DNA of 64,000 bases from Emiliania huxleyi CCMP1516. Its lineage: Eukaryota. Position numbers and translations under genes: made by a program. Shown here piece after piece: positions 58,003 through 64,000 of the stretch. Positions within the stretch are counted from its first letter, which is position 1; each line of letters starts with the position of its first letter. The stretch covers positions 1,039,331-1,103,330 of the forward strand of contig NW_005202428.1 in assembly GCF_000372725.1 (NCBI RefSeq), written 5' to 3'. Below the pieces are notes generated by a model. The model was not told the DNA's origin, did no database searches, and worked only from the letters and a program-made list of their open reading frames with translations.

Positions 58003-59820
58003 ATGCCGCCTCGCCGCAGAACTCGCAGCCCCGCGCCACGGGCGCGGCGCGTCCCTGCAAACCCGGTGCCGCAAGAGCCGGACGGCGCGCCTGCTGCCGC
58101 CGCGCCCGCCGCTACGCCTGCTGCCGCCGCGCCCGCTGTCGCGCCCGCCCAGCGCCCGTGGCTGCGGCCTCGCCACCGCCGCTGGCTCAAGCACGGGGCA
58201 ACGAGCGTTCTCATGTCCGGCGTGATGGTGGCCACGCTGCTCACGGCGGGCGCAAGCCTCTCTCTTGCCGCCTCGATCGCGTGCCTCTCGAGCGTCGCCC
58301 TCTGTGCGCTTCTCTCGCCATCCGACGCAGCAGCGCCGACGGCCGACCCCATCGACACCGGCCTCGCCTGCCCAATTTGCTTTGACGTGCTCGTGGAGCC
58401 GGTGACGATGAGCTGCCAGCACAGCGTCTGCAAGGGCTGCCTGCGCCGCCTCATCGACGCAACCCCCGAATGGGAAAGCGTGCGCTGCCCGAGCTGCCGC
58501 TCGCCGCTAACACGGGAGGTGCCGGCGGGCGTCAACACGATGCTCCAGGCGCAGGTCGAGACCCGCCACCCCGCCGAGCTCGCCGAGCGGCGCGCGAGCG
58601 AGCGTGCGGGCGGCGGCGGCGGCTCACGGGTTACGCTGTGGGAAATGGTCAGACAGCGGCTCGCACCCGGGCCAGGTCTGGGATTTCTCGGCGCAACACT
58701 CGGCTATATCCTCTTGTTCTGCTACTTTACCATCATCTTCGTCGCGACGCCGCTCCTCGTTTCCGTGCGATACAGCGAGGTGTGGGTCGAGCCGCGCAGC
58801 GGCATGGCATGGACCCGTTCCTTCCTTCTTCAGCTTTGCACATGCGCGTGCGCGCTCTGCCCGCTCCGGGACCGTTGGTCGACTGTTTTTGCCGTCGCCA
58901 GCTGCCGCCTCTTTGCAGGCCTGGGAGGCAGCACGTCCGCTCTACTTGGGCCAGCTGGCTTGTTCGCTACCCTCACTTTGCTGCGTTGGCTGCCGCCAAC
59001 GAAAGGCATCCTCGGCAAAGCTGGGGCAGACGCAACAGCCGCAGTTGGCATCGCTGTTGCGCTGACCATCTCGACCGCGCACGCAGTGGCAACGCAGCCG
59101 CTAGGACAGGCAGACCCGTGGCTGCCTCCCGGCGCCTTTCTTGCTGTTGCTATCTTACAGCGATTTGGCGATCCACTTGAGGCACACACCATTGGAGGCG
59201 GAGCCGTTCACCTTCTCCTCGCGGCCGACGCGTTGCTTCTGCTCTGGGCCATGGAGAAGCCGCCGTTGTGGCTCGTCAACCTGCTTGTGCTCCCCGTTGC
59301 ATTCTTCCTGGCGATTTGGCCCGCTCCTGGTTGCGAGTTTGTCGGGTGCACCTCAGGACAACCCACCGAAATCATCATGGCGTTGCTGCTCGGTGCCTCT
59401 ACTCTGACGGCACTCGCGATGGCTCTCCTGCAATGGCCGCAGGTGAGTTGGCAGTCTTCAGTGCCCCTTGCGTGGTGCGCGTGGGGATATTTGAGCCAGG
59501 TGCGCCTCTGCGGAGCGTGGGTTGACCCCCTTTGGAAGCGTCTCTTTTACGCGCTGCAGCTCGTCGCGCCCATCGGCAACATCGCGCTGAGCGTTTGGCA
59601 AGACACGCGCGTCGCCGAGGTCTCGTTCTGGGGTGCTGCTGCTTCGATTCTAATGCTCTCCCACGCGGTGGACCGCTCTCCCGTGCCGCTGTACATGCCA
59701 GCTCGCGTGCGGGCGGCCGCGGACCTGTCACAGGCCACTGGCAACGCCATGATTGCTTGGCAGCTCCTCGCTACGCTGCCCTCGCTCTGCGTGCTCTGGA
59801 CCGCCGCCCAGTCTCTCTGA
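58003..59820 (+). CDS. RING-HC (C3HC4) multi-pass membrane protein, putative E3 ligase
   Basis: CPICFDVLVEPVTMSCQHSVCKGC...CPSCR plus many hydrophobic segments. Confidence 0.8.
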   Translation: MPPRRRTRSPAPRARRVPANPVPQEPDGAPAAAAPAATPAAAAPAVAPAQRPWLRPRHRRWLKHGATSVLMSGVMVATLLTAGASLSLAASIACLSSVALCALLSPSDAAAPTADPIDTGLACPICFDVLVEPVTMSCQHSVCKGCLRRLIDATPEWESVRCPSCRSPLTREVPAGVNTMLQAQVETRHPAELAERRASERAGGGGGSRVTLWEMVRQRLAPGPGLGFLGATLGYILLFCYFTIIFVATPLLVSVRYSEVWVEPRSGMAWTRSFLLQLCTCACALCPLRDRWSTVFAVASCRLFAGLGGSTSALLGPAGLFATLTLLRWLPPTKGILGKAGADATAAVGIAVALTISTAHAVATQPLGQADPWLPPGAFLAVAILQRFGDPLEAHTIGGGAVHLLLAADALLLLWAMEKPPLWLVNLLVLPVAFFLAIWPAPGCEFVGCTSGQPTEIIMALLLGASTLTALAMALLQWPQVSWQSSVPLAWCAWGYLSQVRLCGAWVDPLWKRLFYALQLVAPIGNIALSVWQDTRVAEVSFWGAAASILMLSHAVDRSPVPLYMPARVRAAADLSQATGNAMIAWQLLATLPSLCVLWTAAQSL

Positions 59821-60435
59821 GGCGCTGCTCCGAGCGCTGATCGCGAGCGGGTGCACTCTCGACGAGCCACGCCGGGCCCCTAAATTGCACCGGGGAGAGA
59901 GGGCGCTGCCTTTCTCCCGCTGCGCTAGGCGTGGCAGCGCTGCGTGATCGCGCGTGGCACCTGCGCCAAATACAGAATGCATTGGCATGATACGTTTCTG
60001 TCGTCGTCAAGGCTGTCGCCTTGCCTTGCATGAGAGATGTCCCGCGCGGTAGGGTTGTGCGCGGACGGCGTCTCGAGTCGCGTTACGCACCCCGCCGCGC
60101 TGCCTGTCGAAGAACCGAATGTGCACACCGGCCGGCGCGTGAAGGGTGAAGGCCGTCAGGCCGTGACCGCCGTACCCCGAGAGAAGGATTTTGAACTGTG
60201 TTCCCGCGGCTTTCGCGCTTTTTCGCGTTTTTTTGCTGGCACTTTGCGCTTCCGCTTGGTCCCCCTCCTTCGGGATTTGCATTTGGTGTTCTTACTGTAT
60301 GTGTACGGGGCTCTCTACTGAGACGTGGTGGAACGACGCACTCTCTCCCCTCTCATGCTCTATTCGTCTTTACTGGACACCACGCGCGTGCGTTCGCAGA
60401 TACGTAGGGTCCTAGGGAGCGTACACGATGCTCTC

Positions 60436-61212
60436 TCAAGACTCGAGATGGCGGTCGCGCAAATACTTGCCCAGCGCGTCGAGGGGCCGCGAAAAGTCGG
60501 GCAGCATCTTTGACACCGTCCTCATCGCCTCCGCGTCGCTCGCGCCGGAAGGTGCGATGGCGGCGACAAAGGCGGCGCGCTGCGGCGCGGCGTTCACCGC
60601 GGCGGCAAACACCCCCCGCACCAGCGCGTTGTGGTGCTTGCGGAGCGAGTGGGCGTAGCCAGCGGTAACGCACTCCTTGAGGGACGCCTGCAGCGGCTTC
60701 ACCAGCTCGAGCAGCAGCGCCTCGATTAAGCGCAAGGCGCGGCAGAGCCAGAGCAGCGAGGTGCATGCGGAGCCGTCGCGCCGCGACGCCTTCTTCGCAG
60801 CGGCACGGCAGCCCGGTCCGCCGCCGAGCGCCTCGAGCTCCGCATCGCACATCTGCTGCAGCGTCGCGCCTGGTGTGTGGAGTCGCCAGAGCGAGTCCGC
60901 GTTTCCGAGCAGGTCCGACTTCACGATGCCCATGCCAGGCAGAGCGTCGAAGATGGTGATCAGCGTGTACGCGGCCGAGAGAAACTCGCGCGCCGGGACG
61001 CCACCCGACGACGGGCTCGCGCGCCGCAGGGCCTTGAGCGTGTCAGGCATCTCGTCGAGCAGCGGCCGCTTGAGCTTGACCCTTGGCGGCGGCCCCGCCA
61101 CGCCGTCGCCACCGCGGCCGCTCAGGGCTCGCGGCACGGTGAAGGCTGCGGCGGCTGCAACGGCCAACACAAACGACGAGCGTGGTGTTGGCACGTCGAT
61201 GCTGAGTCCCAT
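60436..61212 (-). CDS. Glycolipid transfer protein (GLTP/HET-C2 family) with N-terminal hydrophobic segment
   Basis: FLSAA...IFDAL...VKSDLLGN, SACTSLLWLCRAL, YAHSLRKHHNALVR...AAP.R. Confidence 0.88.
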   Translation of the reverse strand: MGLSIDVPTPRSSFVLAVAAAAAFTVPRALSGRGGDGVAGPPPRVKLKRPLLDEMPDTLKALRRASPSSGGVPAREFLSAAYTLITIFDALPGMGIVKSDLLGNADSLWRLHTPGATLQQMCDAELEALGGGPGCRAAAKKASRRDGSACTSLLWLCRALRLIEALLLELVKPLQASLKECVTAGYAHSLRKHHNALVRGVFAAAVNAAPQRAAFVAAIAPSGASDAEAMRTVSKMLPDFSRPLDALGKYLRDRHLES

Positions 61213-61614
61213 CGCCAGCTGTTATCGCCGCTGGCGCGGGCTTCTAGAATCCGCAAGTGGACAACTTGAGTGGCGCGGTTGGTGAAGAATTCTACAGCGC
61301 ACATGCCCAACTCTCACAGCAGACTGGCACGGTGAAGAACTCTCCACAGCACGGTTCGCTTCGTCCACCGAGCACCGCGCTGCGAGCCTGTCGTGTCCCT
61401 TGTCAGAAGCAGGAGAACCCCCGGTGCCATGATCGTCCTTCCAAAATCCTGCTCGTGCAGGTGGGGACCCTGTCTTCCTCCCATCCCTCGTTTCTTGTCT
61501 GTTGGCGTCTTTCTTTCTTTTGATCGTCCCCCCTTTGGCGTGTGGGGCCGCGTTTATTATTATTTTCCACCTTCATGTGAACAACGAAAACGAAGCTACG
61601 CTTGCACCTGCGCC

Positions 61615-61723
61615 TTAGAGACACGACGTGGACACGACCGAGCACGCGAGCTCGTCGGACGTGGGATCGTTCGCGACGGCGTCAAGCTCGTCGGACTCCG
61701 GCTCGGTTCTTGTGCTCGGGGCC

Positions 61724-61760
<37 letters not shown>

Positions 61761-63233
61761 GTGCGGTGGCGACGGGCTGGTTGTAGAGCAGCAGCGAGCC
61801 GAGGACGAGGGCCATGCCCGAGAGAAACAGGGCCGACGGCGGCGAGGCCGTCACGATGGACGTGACGGCGCACGTGAGCACGATGGCGCAGGCCGCCGCG
61901 TACATCTTGACGATGTTGTCGGCGTGCTTCACCACCGCGGCGACGAGCAGCCCGCCGAAGGCGGTGCTGGCGACGACGGCCCAGACGAGGGGCGAGAAGC
62001 CCTGCAGAGGGCCTCGAGCGACGATGGCAGAGCGGTCGGCGAGGAGCAGCAGCGCCGCCTGCGGGATCGAAAAGAGGCCCAGCTGCACGTTGCGCATCCA
62101 GAGCGAGGGCGGCGGCGGCGGCGGAGGCGCGGAGGTCGAGGCGCCCGGCGGCGGCGCCGCCTCCTTGAGCACCTACTCACGCGCGGCGTGGCGCTCACCG
62201 TGCCGAGACTGGTCGCGGTCCTCTCCGTGCGAGTGCGCGGCCTTCTCGAAGTAGATGTTTGCGAAGCCGGAGAGGAGCGACGAGCTGAGAACGGCGGCCA
62301 CGCCGAGCAGCGACCTGGGGGATGGGCACGGGGATGGCCAACTGCAGCTCGAGGTTAGGGTTATGGTCACGGTGGAGGCAGCAGGTTGGGATGAGAATGA
62401 GAATGAGGGTGAGGGTGAGAAATGATCGGGACGGGCTGCTCTCCCGGCCGCACCCGCCCGCGGGAGGCGCGCTGCCCGCGGCTTCGCCGAGCTGGACGGT
62501 GCACACGCCGAGCGAGAGGAGGAGGAGCGCGAGCCACTGCGCAGGCTCGAGCCGCTGGCCGAGCAGCCGCACGAAGAAGAGCGCGGTGAAGAGCGTCTTG
62601 GACTGCGACCACAGCTGGTGACTCGTCGCCTACAGGGCAGGCTGCGAGAAGGCTCACCGGGCCATCCTCGAGAGGCGACCGAGCTGGTGGCTCGTCGGCC
62701 GAGAGGCGGGAGAGAGAGACAAACAGCAGCCGATTCTGAAGCAGGTAGCAGAGCGCAGGCACGGCCATCTTTGCCGTATCGCCGACCCGAAGCAAGCAGC
62801 GCCGCACCGCCGCCAGCATCGGCCGCACACCGCCCTCCTCTCTCGCGATGAGGGCGAGGCACAGCGGGAGCTTAAGGCACTCCGAGAGGAAAACGGCCGC
62901 GGACCCGAGGTAGAGCGGTGCGCCGTCTGCGGCTGGTCTGCGGCTGGAGGCGACCATCAGAGCAGTCGCCGAGTTCTGCACCACGAGCAGGGTCAGGACG
63001 ACCCAAGCGATTGGCAGCCCCACAAACCGACGCGGCTTGGCCACGTCCGGGCTGGCAGTGGCAGCCATGCAGGTCTGACCTAGCCTCGATCCGGCCAGTG
63101 TGGTGTCCAACGTGCAGGCCTTGCCTCGGTCGCGACGGGCGGTCAGAGCTGGCTGGCGAAGAACAACTGCACCGCACGGAGGCGGCGACACAAGCGCTAC
63201 TGCGCAACCGAGAATTGGAAGCATCAGAGTCAT
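61615..63233 (-). CDS. SLC35A-type nucleotide-sugar transporter, spliced, with N-terminal presequence
   Basis: LLVVQNS, AVFLSECLK, AVPALCYLLQN, SQSKTLFTALF, QW.ALLLL..GV..VQ, SGFANIYFEK, LWMRNVQL, GGLLVAAVVKHADNIVK. Confidence 0.92.
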
Positions 63234-63412
63234 CGCTCTGCACGGTATCAGAGGCGGTGCTTGCTCGAGCGTACGAGCAGCGCTGCTCTAGCAGCAGAGG
63301 CCGCGGTGCTAGGCTGCTAGCAGGGCGAGAGAGCAAAGCCGATGCTGTGCAAAATGACTTCCGAAAAAGAATTTTACCGGTTATGTTTTTTTATTTTCTG
63401 GCGACGGCTAGT

Positions 63413-63500
63413 GCACCTCACCCCTCTCCTTAAAATCCCTGTGTGGTGGCGGCGTGCCGTCCTCCCATCCCTCCCTTGGGTGTCCGTGTTCTTTCTTTCT
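63413..63500 (-). repeat. Inverted copy of repeat family A
   Basis: CTCTCCTTAAAATCCCTGTGTGGTGGCGGCGTGCCGTCCTCCCATCCCTCCCTTGG followed by (TTTC)n. Confidence 0.9.
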
Positions 63501-63737
63501 TTCTTTTGATTTTCTTTTTACGATTAAGGGAAAAGATTTTTTAATCAACACGACACTAGCGGGACTGGCGCGCGCTGGCACTGACACATGCACATGTGCA
63601 TGCACATGCATACACACCATCATCGAAAAAGAAAGTGCGGCGACTTGCACACACACAAGGAACACTGCAGTGAAGCAGTGAGGAGATTAGACTTGGGCCC
63701 GCGAGCCTCCTATTTCGTGTGTGTCACACACTCACAC

Positions 63738-63809
63738 CTTGAGCACTTGAGCACTGGATAGGGTCGATTCCGCATGGTACGGGACCCCTCGATCGTCTCG
63801 CCCTCCCTC
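63738..63809. repeat. Second copy of the (CTTGAGCA)2-terminated 72-bp repeat
   Basis: Matches 54266-54337. Confidence 0.9.
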
Positions 63810-64000
63810 ACTGGTGTGTTCTCCTATTTCGACAAGACCAGCGCTGAGCCACAGGCTGAGGGCGCGGAGAGCCGAAGTCGAGCGAGTGTTATGGCCGCCC
63901 TCCCCTCACTTGGCAAGGTTGGTGAAGTGTGGGTGCTGCGCCCTTCGCTTGGCCGCGAAGCGCCCTTTCATGATGGGGGCAGCTGGCGCTCCGCGGTACG

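Overview
Eukaryotic nuclear DNA that is GC-rich, gene-dense and intron-rich. Many GC (and some GA) splice donors, 10-11-bp intronic tandem repeats and an F-box/RCC1 fragment point to a haptophyte such as Emiliania/Gephyrocapsa huxleyi (inference). Recognisable genes: topoisomerase III alpha, GCP3/TUBGCP3, MED31, a BCS1-like AAA ATPase, a TLDc (MEAK7-like) protein, a CS/NudC protein, an LRR-IQ protein, CRAL-TRIO, an MFS sugar porter, a RING membrane protein, GLTP, an SLC35A nucleotide-sugar transporter, and putative fucosyltransferase, sulfotransferase and BNR_4/PL42-like lyase genes. Mobile DNA lies between the genes. The most notable element (46924-49339) encodes a family-A-like (TV-Pol-like) DNA polymerase between ~230-bp inverted repeats that end in (CTTGGAGCA)n tandem units, with no transposase or reverse transcriptase; a second, ORF-less copy of its end lies at 55056-55457. 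Also present: a truncated spliced tyrosine recombinase, P-element transposase remnants, a 795-bp TIR element carrying a SAP domain, and several dispersed short repeat families. One 100-N assembly gap. All protein assignments come from motif recognition by eye; no database searches were run, and exon boundaries are predictions.
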